Below are positions 19,302 to 30,126 of a stretch of DNA of 64,000 bases, in pieces. Below the pieces are notes generated by a model, which saw nothing but the letters and a program-made list of their open reading frames with translations, did no database searches and was not told the origin of the DNA. The stretch covers positions 320,001 to 384,000 of IMG/VR virus record IMGVR_UViG_3300035208_004923. One strand, 5' to 3'. The position numbers were made by a program, and so were the translations under genes. Source of the stretch: a virus. Taxonomy: Duplodnaviria > Caudoviricetes. Within the stretch, counting starts at the first letter, position 1. Each line of letters starts with the position of its first letter.

Positions 19302-19871
19302 TTAGTTAATACTTGTTGTTAATTCAATGCCGTTTTTTGCAGATTTATTGCGAATTGTGATTAAATAATCTTTAGCAATATTATAATCATCAGTTGCTTT
19401 TTTCAATTCGTTTTTGAACCATGCAGAAACATTTGATTTTAATTTTGTTCCTATCGGGACAATATACGTTTTGCCATCAATGATACTTTCAAAATATAAT
19501 TTATGGTCAGCAATGTTTATAAGTTTACCAGGATGCAGAATTATTCGTTTTGATGAATAATAACGAGGTGATAAATAAGTTTCACCAATTATTGGAGTGC
19601 CAGTAATTGATTGATTTGCAACAGGTTCAGCATATGTTGATTCGTATACAGTAACAATGCCTTTTGCAATATTTTCATCTATAAATTTGCAAGTAAAACC
19701 GTTTTCATCAACGAATTCTTTTCCTTTTGCTGAACATTTACGAACATGATATGTTTTAACACCTTTCTCGAAAATGGAATCTCGTATTTTCATTACTTTT
19801 ACGAATTTTGCAAACCTTGATATTTCTGAAATATCAAGGACTTTTCCGATTAAATTTTCACCTGTTTCCAT
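19302..19871 (-). CDS. hypothetical protein (early)
   Basis: ORF directly after a class I promoter. Confidence 0.7.
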   Translation of the reverse strand: METGENLIGKVLDISEISRFAKFVKVMKIRDSIFEKGVKTYHVRKCSAKGKEFVDENGFTCKFIDENIAKGIVTVYESTYAEPVANQSITGTPIIGETYLSPRYYSSKRIILHPGKLINIADHKLYFESIIDGKTYIVPIGTKLKSNVSAWFKNELKKATDDYNIAKDYLITIRNKSAKNGIELTTSIN

Positions 19872-19880
19872 AAATTTGTT

Positions 19881-19931
19881 TATCAATTAATTAAAATCAA
19901 ATATACAACATTTTTTGTGCAATAGCAATGG
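19881..19931 (-). promoter_or_regulatory. class I promoter
   Basis: repeat copy. Confidence 0.8.
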
Positions 19932-20089
19932 TTTTCTTGATTATTTTATAACGAATCAACCAAATTTCTAATGTCTTCTCTATTCTTCATAGATTCGGAC
20001 GGGTAAACTGGCGTAAACAAAATATGTAAAAATTGAATAAGAAGGATTGCAATAAGGCAACAACCGATAAATAAATCTTCCATATTATT

Positions 20090-20868
20090 TTAGTTTCTAA
20101 GTTTTAACATTTCTCTGCGGTGTGCAACAAATTCAGATGGTTTCATATTGTCACAATCAATATCACCATGGTAATAACTCCAGCATTCAAATGATGGTCG
20201 AATTGTTATGTATTCTTCTAATCCTTCTTTGACAAATTCATCAATTTTTGCTAGCATCAATTCCTCGTTTTTTTCGATTGCACTCGGATTATTTATTATG
20301 TTTATTTTATGGCATTCCCACGTTCCTTTTGAATGTATTAATGAATCAGCATTAATTGTTGGGTCATTTAAATGACTTGGTGCAAGATTTTTACAATCAT
20401 CAATTGCAATCATCCATCTTTGGAATTCAGATATAAGCCATTGAAGTTTTTGGAACTTATCAGAACAAAAAGTATTTGAAATTTCATTAGATAAATCCAT
20501 GAAATTGTCTTTTGAGTTAGGTTTGAATGACATTTCAAAACAAGTCCATAAAGAACCATTCAATAATCTTTTACTTGCATCGTTTTTTATGTAATCTTGT
20601 TTTCGAGTAAGAACTAATGCATTCGGTATTGAGTATTGCAAATCAATTCTGAAGTTTACTTTTGTTTTCATAATTAGCAATTTTGTTTAAAGTTAGACAT
20701 TATAACTGCAATTTCGGATAATGTATTAGATAACTCATTACATGTAAGATACTGATTAGCATCATTTACATATTCTAATTCGATTTCTTCTGCCTTTTCA
20801 ACGTCATTAAATCCACATTTGTTAAGGTCAAAATTAAAATTCCAAATTATATCTTCTGCTGTAATCAT
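20090..20868 (-). CDS. two hypothetical proteins (20090-20680, 20674-20868)
   Basis: ORFs after a class I promoter. Confidence 0.65.
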
Positions 20869-20878
20869 GTTTTATTTT

Positions 20879-20927
20879 TATCAATTAATTAAAATCAAAT
20901 ATACAACATTATTTAAGCAATAGCAAT
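20879..20927 (-). promoter_or_regulatory. class I promoter
   Basis: repeat copy, back-to-back with class III box. Confidence 0.8.
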
Positions 20928-20947
20928 TTTTTACGATACTTTTTTAT

Positions 20948-20957
20948 GAATATATAA
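20948..20957 (+). promoter_or_regulatory. class III promoter GAATATATAA
   Basis: heads plus-strand leader cluster. Confidence 0.65.
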
Positions 20958-20974
20958 AATAAATTATTAATATT

Positions 20975-21214
20975 ATGGAAAGAAGAATACCAACAATTGA
21001 AGAATTTTCAGCAAAGCCAGAAGAAACTAATGAAGCTGTTGGAACTGTAGACTTACATTTCAAAGCAAAAATGTTCTGTCAAGAAGTTTTGAAATTAGGA
21101 ACAAAAAATAACTTATTTGATACTTATATGAAAAGTCATCAAATAAATCCAGATGATTTAAGCGATTTCATGGTAGCAGTTATTGAAAACATTCAAACAA
21201 ATTATTTAGTATAA
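20975..21214 (+). CDS. RIP-leader protein
   Basis: MERRIPTIEEFSAKPEETNEA. Confidence 0.8.
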   Translation: MERRIPTIEEFSAKPEETNEAVGTVDLHFKAKMFCQEVLKLGTKNNLFDTYMKSHQINPDDLSDFMVAVIENIQTNYLV

Positions 21215-21522
21215 TGAAAAAAAGAATACCCACTTTAGATGAACACATTAATGAATCAAAATTGAATGAATTTTGCACTACTACTGTTTATAAATTCTCT
21301 GGCTCTGCTTCTCAATGGAATGAATTGCTTAAACTTTTAGATAAACTTGAGAATAAGAAAGAATTGGCATATGATTCCGAAGATTTACCGTATGGTGCAC
21401 AATCATTTGCAGTATTCGATATTTTGCCAAAAAAACCTGAGACAGTTAATTGTCATATCATAGATTTAGAAACATTAATTCCAAAAGACTTAATGAAATT
21501 TATTTCACCAATATCAAAATAA
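21214..21522 (+). CDS. RIP-leader protein
   Basis: MKKRIPTLDEHINESKLNE. Confidence 0.8.
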   Translation: MKKRIPTLDEHINESKLNEFCTTTVYKFSGSASQWNELLKLLDKLENKKELAYDSEDLPYGAQSFAVFDILPKKPETVNCHIIDLETLIPKDLMKFISPISK

Positions 21523-21530
21523 TAAGATAA

Positions 21531-22640
21531 ATGAAAAATAGAATACCTACGTTTGATGATTTTTTATTCGAAAGAACACCAGATAAAATTCCACATCCAA
21601 AACATAAATGGTTTGAAGTTAATCCAAAAGATTATGACGATTTGGAAGATGATTTTTATAAATTGATTCAAACTGCATATAAAGATGTTCCTGGCGGTCA
21701 CTTGAAAGTTCAAAAACCAGATGACGTATTTGATGCTGGATGGACTTATTGGGTTGCAATGGATAATGATAATAATCCCGATTTTAATGTTGTGAAAGGT
21801 TATAAAGTAACACCATACGGTTATAAATCAGCAGTTGCAGGTCATGATGTTACAAAGGTATCAAAAACTGATTATCTTACTAAATTTGCTGAAGATATGA
21901 GCAAACCTGGTAAATACGCTGAGGTTTCTGAAAAACTAGCAGAAATTCTTATCAATAAATATCATGTTCATATTGTATCAAATCCCGATGCAATTAAAGC
22001 AGTACTTGGTAAAAGCGATGTTGTGTTTTATGGCAAAAATCCTGAGAATCCTTCAATGCCTGGTGATGGATGGTATACACGAAAAATTGCAGGCGGCGTT
22101 CATGCAAAAATATTAGTAGGAAAACCTATTGTACAGGAATCTGTTACAGAAGGACTTGATAACGGTAAACCTACCGTTTTAGTTCTTCACGGATATGAAT
22201 CATCAGTATATCCTCCAAGATTAAAAGTATTATCTGCAGATTATAATTTATTAACGCCTGAAATGGATTATGACCATAACCAAGGATTGTTTGAAAAAAC
22301 ATACCAAACGTATAAAAATGCAAATATTGATTTAATAGTCGGTTCATCAATGGGCGGATACTTTGGATATTATTTAGCATCATTACTTGATGTTCCTGCT
22401 TTATTATTCAATCCCGCGGTAATCGAAACAACATCAGGCATCAAAAAACAAGAAGTTCGAAAAGGCAAATATAATCCTGCAATTTATGTTGTTTCAGGCA
22501 AAGATGATGATATCGTTATTTCATGGAAACTTAAACAATGGTTTAAGGAAAACGCAAGAAACTATGAATTTATTACTGAAAACATGGGACATCGCCCTTC
22601 CGATGAAACTTATATAAAATATGTTAAAAAATATGTATAA
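21531..22640 (+). CDS. RIP-leader protein: unknown domain plus YqiA/YcfP-like alpha/beta esterase
   Basis: MKNRIPTFDDFLFE; LHGYES, GSSMGG, LFNPA, DD, GH. Confidence 0.8.
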   Translation: MKNRIPTFDDFLFERTPDKIPHPKHKWFEVNPKDYDDLEDDFYKLIQTAYKDVPGGHLKVQKPDDVFDAGWTYWVAMDNDNNPDFNVVKGYKVTPYGYKSAVAGHDVTKVSKTDYLTKFAEDMSKPGKYAEVSEKLAEILINKYHVHIVSNPDAIKAVLGKSDVVFYGKNPENPSMPGDGWYTRKIAGGVHAKILVGKPIVQESVTEGLDNGKPTVLVLHGYESSVYPPRLKVLSADYNLLTPEMDYDHNQGLFEKTYQTYKNANIDLIVGSSMGGYFGYYLASLLDVPALLFNPAVIETTSGIKKQEVRKGKYNPAIYVVSGKDDDIVISWKLKQWFKENARNYEFITENMGHRPSDETYIKYVKKYV

Positions 22641-22992
22641 AAGAATACCAACATTTGATGAACATGTAAATGAAGGCACATGGAATAATGAAAAATATGG
22701 TTTCAGAATATCGAAATTTTTAGAACAGCATACAGGTAAAAACCTAACAGGCGAAATGAAAGTTCAAATTATTTTTAACGATTTTTTCAAAGCAAGTACT
22801 TATGAATATGCTAATAATTTATTATTGTGTTCAAGAATCGAAGGTTACATTAAATCGTATAAAATTCTTGAACATGATAGATTGATAGGCAGTTACAGAA
22901 ATATATTTATTGTAGATGTTGATGTAATTAAATGGTACGAATTTTTACGCAAACTAGATGATGGTCATTTAGATAACTTTAAAATATTATAA
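22633..22992 (+). CDS. RIP-leader protein
   Basis: MYKRIPTFDEHVNEG. Confidence 0.8.
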   Translation: MYKRIPTFDEHVNEGTWNNEKYGFRISKFLEQHTGKNLTGEMKVQIIFNDFFKASTYEYANNLLLCSRIEGYIKSYKILEHDRLIGSYRNIFIVDVDVIKWYEFLRKLDDGHLDNFKIL

Positions 22993-22995
22993 GAA

Positions 22996-23268
22996 ATGAA
23001 AAAGAGAATACCAACATTTGATGAACATGTAAACGAAGGCATATTGCAAAGTTTTATTGATTTGTTCAAGAAAAAACCTGATGTAAGTACATGGACGCCA
23101 CCAGAATTTAAAATTGAAGCAACATTAAAAAAGATTTTAACTGACGATGGCTGGACAAACTTAGGACGTGATGAAGAAGGCCGACTAATCGGAAACAATA
23201 CAAAGTACGGCGGTAATGGATTAGATGTTATCGAAACAATGCGTGATGAAAAAAAATTAAACTTCTAA
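22996..23268 (+). CDS. RIP-leader protein
   Basis: MKKRIPTFDEHVNEG. Confidence 0.8.
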   Translation: MKKRIPTFDEHVNEGILQSFIDLFKKKPDVSTWTPPEFKIEATLKKILTDDGWTNLGRDEEGRLIGNNTKYGGNGLDVIETMRDEKKLNF

Positions 23269-23269
23269 T

Positions 23270-24043
23270 ATGAAAACCAGAATTCCATCTTTTGATGATT
23301 TCTTATTTGAATCTAATGATAGAATCATTACATTATATCATGGGACGGCTTCTGGGAAATTATCATCTATAAAGCTTAACGGACTTGATACTAATGCAGA
23401 AACAAATCAAAAAACGCATGGCTTTAATACAAGTAATCAAATTTCATTAAGCTTTAATTATTCTGATGCATATTATTATGGTTCATTATTTGTTAAAACA
23501 AACGAACCAGTTACTGTTTTGATAATTAAACTTCCGTATTCGTATATAGCAGGAAAAGGGCTTTCGTTAAACGAAGTTCTTGTTAAACAAAATATATCAT
23601 CAAAATACATAATAGGTGCATATAAAGACAAAGATATCGTAAAATTAGATAAATTGTCAACAAATGAAACATATGTAAATCCTGATATGCTATCAACAAG
23701 TGATTTGCAACATTATAAGTCGCATTATAAAATTAACGAATCAATTGATGCCTTAGAAAAGATGGGGATCCAAGCAGATCCTGACAAACCTTCAATATTC
23801 TTATATACGATATATCGTACGCCAAGTTCCGATGAAATTAAGGAATTTGAAAATTATCCGCAACTTACAGCTGATGAAATATTGAACGGTTTTTGTTATA
23901 CATGCATTGGCAGAGGAATTACGTCAAGTAGAAATATTGCATTAATAAAAGATAGCATAAATATGCTTATTGCTGCATACCCAGATGATCCTCGATATAC
24001 TGAAGCATTAAGAATAAGCGATGAATTAAAACCTAAATTTTAA
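23270..24043 (+). CDS. RIP-leader protein with putative H-Y-E ADP-ribosyltransferase-fold domain
   Basis: MKTRIPSFDDFLFES; TLYHGT..SI..NGL, ISLS, A..Y, NEVLV..NI. Confidence 0.6.
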   Translation: MKTRIPSFDDFLFESNDRIITLYHGTASGKLSSIKLNGLDTNAETNQKTHGFNTSNQISLSFNYSDAYYYGSLFVKTNEPVTVLIIKLPYSYIAGKGLSLNEVLVKQNISSKYIIGAYKDKDIVKLDKLSTNETYVNPDMLSTSDLQHYKSHYKINESIDALEKMGIQADPDKPSIFLYTIYRTPSSDEIKEFENYPQLTADEILNGFCYTCIGRGITSSRNIALIKDSINMLIAAYPDDPRYTEALRISDELKPKF

Positions 24044-24246
24044 AACATTACTTCATAAATTGTTTTACCTTTTTCTGTAATTTCCCATTCGTTTTTCTCA
24101 TTGCATACAGCAAGTCCTAAATGAACCATTTTTTGCAATGCTAAAATTATATCTTCTTCAGAAATATTTTCAATAATCGGAAGCTCATGAAAGATTTTTT
24201 CTTTTATGAGCTTCGTGTATATTATGCTTACTTGTTTATCATTCAT
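24040..24246 (-). CDS. small winged-helix-like protein
   Basis: L.KMVHLGL...WEITEKG. Confidence 0.5.
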   Translation of the reverse strand: MNDKQVSIIYTKLIKEKIFHELPIIENISEEDIILALQKMVHLGLAVCNEKNEWEITEKGKTIYEVMF

Positions 24247-25010
24247 ATTAATTGTCCTTTCTTATTAAATACCATGTATCTAAATTTTATGCCCGATTTT
24301 AGTACAGCAGCCATTTTTAACGCATTTATATCTTCATTTTTTTGAAATGTCCATTCTGATTTAACTTCAATTATAGTATGCAAAGACTTGATATAAATAT
24401 CTGGCACATATAAATGCTTTTTTTCATTACACACATAAAAAATATTGCCAAGTTCTTTGCGTATAGCTTTTCCTCCTATTATTATATCTTCTTCATTATA
24501 AGATAACAGCAATAATAAAATTGCTTTATTTTCGTATCCTTGCGTTTTCACAACAGCGCCTGACGGCAATATGAATTTATGCCATTTATATCGACCTCCG
24601 TAATTCAAAGCATCTGCCCTTTTTATTTTGTTCTCCTCTATACTATTGTATAATAATAATTTTTGTGATAAATTCTCTCGCCATTTTGCGTTATGTGATA
24701 CAGCTTTCATAGATTCTGAAACGCGTGCACGAAGTTCATGAGTCCATCTATTTGGATCCTTAAGATGTATTTCCATTTTTTCTTTGTACATTGGATCTTC
24801 ATATTTTTTTTTCATACTGCAATTTCGCGAACACGCAACTCTCCTATATGGCGTAAACATTTTACCGCATATCGGGCAAGCAATATCTTGCAATTTATTT
24901 TTTTGTATTCTTGCTTTGCCAATGCAAGAACGGGAACAAAATTGTGCACTTTTTTTATTTGTTTTGAATTCTTTGTTACATACCGAACAATTTTTAATAT
25001 ATGTTGTCAT
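24243..25010 (-). CDS. putative homing endonuclease (Zn fingers plus PD-(D/E)xK)
   Basis: CSVC..FCSRSC, CPICG; YVPDIYI...IIEVKS; paralog of 44393-45235. Confidence 0.7.
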   Translation of the reverse strand: MTTYIKNCSVCNKEFKTNKKSAQFCSRSCIGKARIQKNKLQDIACPICGKMFTPYRRVACSRNCSMKKKYEDPMYKEKMEIHLKDPNRWTHELRARVSESMKAVSHNAKWRENLSQKLLLYNSIEENKIKRADALNYGGRYKWHKFILPSGAVVKTQGYENKAILLLLLSYNEEDIIIGGKAIRKELGNIFYVCNEKKHLYVPDIYIKSLHTIIEVKSEWTFQKNEDINALKMAAVLKSGIKFRYMVFNKKGQLI

Positions 25011-25058
25011 GATTTTTATTTATATATTAAAAGATACGCATTGTTATTTTGAAGTTAT

Positions 25059-26795
25059 TTAAAATCTTACATATACACATCTATCTAAAAAATCTTGAGG
25101 AAACATATGTCTATTCTGCGTAATTAGCCTGAAAAAATCGCTATCTAGAATATACGTTGTTGCGTAATCGTTTTCATTCCTAACTGAACGACCAACACCC
25201 TGTAAGACCGACAGTATTGTAATCCATGCGTACCAATCTTTATCTGTCTTCATTTTCGCATTTACGAATTTGTCCATGAGCGATGGGTAAGGAACTTTTG
25301 CAAATATTTGAAACCGGGACTTATCATTTCCTAAATCTAATCCTTCTAATAGACTGGGACCCATTAGAACTTTATTGTTTGCACTGCTAAAATCAAATAA
25401 AACATTTTTTTTATCTGAACTATTTATGTATGAAATAATTCTATCACTTTTTATGTTTTCATTCAAGTATACACTATTTGTGTAACTTCCGGTGTGAATG
25501 ATTCCATTCTCATTTTTGTGTTTTTCTAAAATTTCTGTTATTTTATTTGCAATTTTTGGCAAAGCAACTTCTTTATTTTTAAACGACATGCTTACACCTT
25601 GATAAATTAATATTGGCGAACGGTCAAAATTGAATGTACTAGGTATTTTTCTATACTTTGCATTGTTTGCATTTATACTTTTTGCAAACAGCGTAGGTTC
25701 ACCCATCGTTGCTGTCATCATGACAGCAAAGTTATTTTTGTCATGAAAATGTTTTTTCATGAGGTATTTTTCATTGATGCAATTAAACTGTATATTTGCA
25801 CCGTTTTGGTTTTTAATCATTGCTCTAATATCAGTTGACGCAATAATTTGATTATAATCTTCAAATTTACAATGTAGATCTTTGCATTCATCGCACAAGT
25901 TTAATCCTTTTCTCCATTCTGCTGGAACTGATTTGCCAGCATATTTTCTTCCTACGAATTTTTTTATTTCATCGGCGTGTTGAACAAACGAATGAAGCAT
26001 TTTCTCAAACATTCTGTTATGAATAAACAATTTTGCATTATCGTCTTCAGCAACAATTTTATTTATGATTTCTTTCAATTCATATCCGCTATACGGAACT
26101 GCCATTGAATGTTCAGCAAGGAATCCTCGTAAACGTTCAAGCATAGGATATGTATTATCATTTACAATAGGACTAAAGTGTTTTTGTACAATGTTAACAA
26201 CTTTATGCGCCTCATCGCATATAATAAAATCACGTTCATCAAATAACGCATGAGACGAATCCGTCATTTTTTCCAATACGTAATTCATTTGTATCAAATA
26301 ATACGAATAGTTGAATATTGATGTTGGAGTAAAACTTGCGTAATCTCTTGCAAAATAATAAGGGCAGTCCTTATAACATGGTAGTTGTTTTGTTGCATTT
26401 GAATTTAAGTGCTTCATTTTACATTCACCAAGACTATGTTTTTCTTGGTTTTCTGTACAAAGATAATTATCAACACCTTTTACACTTCCAAATCCTAAAT
26501 GCAATTTCAATACGTCTTGTTCGTATTGGTCTTGTAATGCAAGATCTGATGATAGAATATATCCTTTTTTGCCGAATCTGTTTAATACATATGAGGAGCA
26601 TAATGCAATTAATGATTTACCGCTACCTGTTGGTGCGTCGATAAGATATATCTTTTTTTCTTCACCCATGCATGTTGCAACAACATCAATAATTGCTTCT
26701 TTTTGACCTGTCCTGAACTCGAAATTTGTCCACCCATGATTTTTAACGAACATGTCAATATATTCGTTTATTTTATCTTCAAGTTCTTGATTCAT
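25059..26795 (-). CDS. DinG/Rad3-like SF2 helicase
   Basis: APTGSGKS, DEAH, TAT, EGLD, QGVGRSVR. Confidence 0.93.
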   Translation of the reverse strand: MNQELEDKINEYIDMFVKNHGWTNFEFRTGQKEAIIDVVATCMGEEKKIYLIDAPTGSGKSLIALCSSYVLNRFGKKGYILSSDLALQDQYEQDVLKLHLGFGSVKGVDNYLCTENQEKHSLGECKMKHLNSNATKQLPCYKDCPYYFARDYASFTPTSIFNYSYYLIQMNYVLEKMTDSSHALFDERDFIICDEAHKVVNIVQKHFSPIVNDNTYPMLERLRGFLAEHSMAVPYSGYELKEIINKIVAEDDNAKLFIHNRMFEKMLHSFVQHADEIKKFVGRKYAGKSVPAEWRKGLNLCDECKDLHCKFEDYNQIIASTDIRAMIKNQNGANIQFNCINEKYLMKKHFHDKNNFAVMMTATMGEPTLFAKSINANNAKYRKIPSTFNFDRSPILIYQGVSMSFKNKEVALPKIANKITEILEKHKNENGIIHTGSYTNSVYLNENIKSDRIISYINSSDKKNVLFDFSSANNKVLMGPSLLEGLDLGNDKSRFQIFAKVPYPSLMDKFVNAKMKTDKDWYAWITILSVLQGVGRSVRNENDYATTYILDSDFFRLITQNRHMFPQDFLDRCVYVRF

Positions 26796-26816
26796 TATTT
26801 ATCTAATCTTTTTATG

Positions 26817-26852
26817 TAATATATAATTATATACATAAAGTAAAAAAAGTTT
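26817..26852. promoter_or_regulatory. interlocked divergent promoters: class III (+, 26817-26826) and class II (-, 26827-26852)
   Basis: TAATATATAA and AAACT-N12-TGTATATAA. Confidence 0.6.
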
Positions 26853-26855
26853 ATC

Positions 26856-27296
26856 ATGAATCAACGAATACCTACGTTTGACAATTTCCTGTTTGAAGCA
26901 GGAATAAAATATGAACCTGGTTCGATTAGCGAACTATTAGCAGGACTGCGCGGTAACCAAGAGTTTTATGATTTTTGCAAAAAACATGGACATCCAAATC
27001 CACAAGCCTGGAATCCTATGGAATTTACGATGAGTTCTTGTACATTCGTTGCAAAATTTTTAGAGGAAAAAGGATTTGGTAAAGCATTATCAAGTCACGG
27101 TCCATACGGCATGGCACCACATGCTTTTGTTTTGTATAACGGATTATATTATGATTATGAAGCAAGAGAAGGCGTTAAGAATGTTTATGACTTGCCAAAC
27201 TTTCAAGATTTACGATACAATGTTAAAAAAGGTGATTCCTGGCCAAATTACAAAAAAGAAATAGTCAAAAACGTACAAAATTTTAATTTTCAATAA
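26856..27296 (+). CDS. RIP-leader protein (possible Cys-His-Asp papain/transglutaminase-like fold)
   Basis: MNQRIPTFDNFLFEA; SCTFVA...HAFV...YYD. Confidence 0.7.
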   Translation: MNQRIPTFDNFLFEAGIKYEPGSISELLAGLRGNQEFYDFCKKHGHPNPQAWNPMEFTMSSCTFVAKFLEEKGFGKALSSHGPYGMAPHAFVLYNGLYYDYEAREGVKNVYDLPNFQDLRYNVKKGDSWPNYKKEIVKNVQNFNFQ

Positions 27297-28210
27297 TGAA
27301 GCTACGAATACCAAATTTTGATGATTTTATATTTGAATCTAATTATGAATGGATTCCAATGACCGTTGCATCTGCTAAAATTGTTGCTGATGGCATGATA
27401 AAATTGTTTGCGCCAAATAGTGATGAAATTGCAAAAAACAAAAAAATTGCCGAACTTGTATTAGCTGCGCTAGAAAAGCATATTGAACGTATGAAGTATT
27501 TCGATAAATTTCCCGACTTCAAGAAATTGATTGAGGATAACGTAAAACATATAATTGCAAATGATAAACGTCATGGCATCGAACCTGAAGACCCAAACAT
27601 GGTTAAGGCATATGCAATGGAATATGCAATGGAAACAATTTACGAAAGAACAAAGGGCCAAGAATCACAAGAAGAAAAAGACAAGAAAACACAAGTTACA
27701 TTTTTCAATAAAGTTTTTAATGAAGGCGCGGCATTACGCACAAAAGCAATTACAAATGCTGGTTTGAAATTTTACAAACAGAACTTGTTTGCATTTGAGG
27801 AAATAAACAGAAAATTACGAACAGATCATTCAAAAATGAGTGAGCATGATTGGTCAGTTGCAACTGATGTAGGAAATGCAATTGACTTATTTAAAACATC
27901 AAAAGAAGTAACGGTTTTCCGTATTATTGATTCTGAAGATTTTCCATTTTCATTAAGCAAAGGAAAAAAGTTTACAGAAAAAGGAATACTGTCAACATCA
28001 TTTGACATTAATTATCTTTTAGAAAACAAAGAAAATTTTGAATCACCAGTTATATTGCAAATAGTAGTTCCGTCTGGCACTACATATTACAGATTTCCGA
28101 ATGATTTTGAATCAGAAGTAGTTTTTGATTGTGATCATGAGATTATAATAACTGATAATTCATACGAATATTTAGACACACCAATCATAAAATGCAAAAT
28201 TATAAAGTAA
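27296..28210 (+). CDS. RIP-leader protein with VIP2/Alt-like ADP-ribosyltransferase
   Basis: MKLRIPNFDDFIFES; INRKLR, TVFR, STS, ESEVVF (R-S-E triad). Confidence 0.85.
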   Translation: MKLRIPNFDDFIFESNYEWIPMTVASAKIVADGMIKLFAPNSDEIAKNKKIAELVLAALEKHIERMKYFDKFPDFKKLIEDNVKHIIANDKRHGIEPEDPNMVKAYAMEYAMETIYERTKGQESQEEKDKKTQVTFFNKVFNEGAALRTKAITNAGLKFYKQNLFAFEEINRKLRTDHSKMSEHDWSVATDVGNAIDLFKTSKEVTVFRIIDSEDFPFSLSKGKKFTEKGILSTSFDINYLLENKENFESPVILQIVVPSGTTYYRFPNDFESEVVFDCDHEIIITDNSYEYLDTPIIKCKIIK

Positions 28211-28212
28211 CA

Positions 28213-28587
28213 ATGAATCAACGAATACCAAATTTTGATGATTTTGTTAATGAAGCAAAATCTGTTCCTAGAGAAAATACAGAACGTGAAACTGTATTAG
28301 ATTACATTATCAAAAACAAACAAGTCCGTTTAGAAAAGCTCAAGGAAATTAAAGCGCCTGAAATTATCATCACAGGAACTGAGAACCAAATACATTTATT
28401 AAAATCAGGTCAATCAAAAATTAAAGGACTTGACATTTACGGTTCTAATATTTATAAAACGTTGGAATGGAGAAAAGGCAATGGTGGAGTTGATTTCATA
28501 CAATTTGTAATGAATGATGATTCAGTTATAAATTATTTTCCAAATGCAAAATACGGAGCATTTTTCGCACCTAATACTAAAAAATAA
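28213..28587 (+). CDS. RIP-leader protein
   Basis: MNQRIPNFDDFVNEA. Confidence 0.8.
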   Translation: MNQRIPNFDDFVNEAKSVPRENTERETVLDYIIKNKQVRLEKLKEIKAPEIIITGTENQIHLLKSGQSKIKGLDIYGSNIYKTLEWRKGNGGVDFIQFVMNDDSVINYFPNAKYGAFFAPNTKK

Positions 28588-28907
28588 TGGAAAGCTTATA
28601 TATCATAACAGACGGAGAAAAATACAAAATAGGTTATAGCAAAGACGTGGCTAATCGTAAGAGACAACTACAGACAGCAAACGGATCTTTACTGGATATT
28701 GTATTTGAATTTGAAACGGTTCATGGAATGAAATTAGAAAGATCCATTCAACGGTCAATGAAACATAAAAACATTATCGGCGAATGGTTTGATTTAGAAA
28801 AAGAAGATATTGCAAAAATAAAAGAACTTTGTATTTTGCAAGAAAAAAACTTTAACATCATAAAGAAAAATGAAACAGAGAATTCCTACGTTAGAGGACT
28901 TTATTAA
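28587..28907 (+). CDS. T5orf172/MUG113 GIY-YIG-like domain protein
   Basis: LYII...YKIGYS...R..QLQT, GEWF. Confidence 0.85.
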   Translation: MESLYIITDGEKYKIGYSKDVANRKRQLQTANGSLLDIVFEFETVHGMKLERSIQRSMKHKNIIGEWFDLEKEDIAKIKELCILQEKNFNIIKKNETENSYVRGLY

Positions 28908-29325
28908 TGAATCGTCGAATGAAATTTTCACTAGTTCTGACATTATAGATTTGCAAAAAAATGGTGCAAGACCAGACGACACTTGGCAATCAATAAAATC
29001 ATCGGCAAAATTTCAAAAAATAGATAATGTTAGTATTTCAAAAATTAATTGGTCAGAAAAAAATGTTGATATTTTAAAGAAACAAGAACGCAGATTAAAC
29101 CGATTATTCGATGAAGATGATGGCACACAATACTATAAAGATGCCATTAAAAGAGAACAGTCAGAATTACAGCATATACAAAATCTTATTCAAATGGTAA
29201 AAAGCAATAAAAAATTAAATCCGATTGTTGTAGATTCAAATTATAGATTGCTTGATGGTTTTCATAGAATAGGTGCATATCAAATTGCAGGTAAAAAAAC
29301 TATTGACATATTTAAAGAAATTTGA
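28870..29325 (+). CDS. RIP-leader protein with ParB/Srx-like domain
   Basis: MKQRIPTLEDFINES; PIVVD...LLDGFHR. Confidence 0.8.
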   Translation: MKQRIPTLEDFINESSNEIFTSSDIIDLQKNGARPDDTWQSIKSSAKFQKIDNVSISKINWSEKNVDILKKQERRLNRLFDEDDGTQYYKDAIKREQSELQHIQNLIQMVKSNKKLNPIVVDSNYRLLDGFHRIGAYQIAGKKTIDIFKEI

Positions 29326-29379
29326 TAATTTTTAAATTTATACTGCATGTGCCATTACAAAGAAAAATATACATACACA

Positions 29380-30126
29380 ATGAAAAACAGAATACCAGCA
29401 TTTGATGACTTCATAGTTGAACGAGAATTTCCATTTACAGATACATCATTTGTTACACGGATTCTTACTAAATTAAAATCTCAAATTTTAGAAAAAAATT
29501 TAGGAAACCTTGAAGTTGAAACAATTTTAAATAAAGCATTTAGAAGTTTTTTAGTTTCTTTTGAAAGTAACAGTGGACAATCTGCATTTGATGATATGAC
29601 TAGAGTCGGACTGATTCAATCACGAATTGACCAAGACGGCAACATAATTGTTGATTATGCAGATTATTTTTATGAAACATTTGAAGACGAAGAATTATAT
29701 GATGAATTTGGAACAGTTCTTGCAAGAATTCTTGCGCATGAAAGAACGCATGCAGGCCAATTAGATAAAATACGAATGGGAAGAAATTCTTATGACTTTT
29801 ACAACATTTTAGGAAAAATAGGTAAAGACCCATCAAACCGTTTTAAATATTTGTCAAGCAAACAAGAAATGATGGCATTTGCGGTTGAATGCGTAGAAGA
29901 ATTCAGAGGAATGGGATATTCCGATTCTGATATTTTACGTAAAATTAAAACACCGTTTAAAGACTATCAAGAATCCAATATTTTCTATTTATACATTGAC
30001 TATTTCGATTATAGAGGTCATGTATTCGATAACGACGAAAAGGAAAGAAAAAAATGCAAAGACGTAATTGACGGATTCTTAAAATATATGTATCAATATA
30101 TAACAAAACCGAAATCTTTAGAATAA
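29380..30126 (+). CDS. RIP-leader protein with HExxH zincin motif
   Basis: MKNRIPAFDDFIVE; LAHERTHAGQ...QEMMAFA. Confidence 0.75.
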   Translation: MKNRIPAFDDFIVEREFPFTDTSFVTRILTKLKSQILEKNLGNLEVETILNKAFRSFLVSFESNSGQSAFDDMTRVGLIQSRIDQDGNIIVDYADYFYETFEDEELYDEFGTVLARILAHERTHAGQLDKIRMGRNSYDFYNILGKIGKDPSNRFKYLSSKQEMMAFAVECVEEFRGMGYSDSDILRKIKTPFKDYQESNIFYLYIDYFDYRGHVFDNDEKERKKCKDVIDGFLKYMYQYITKPKSLE

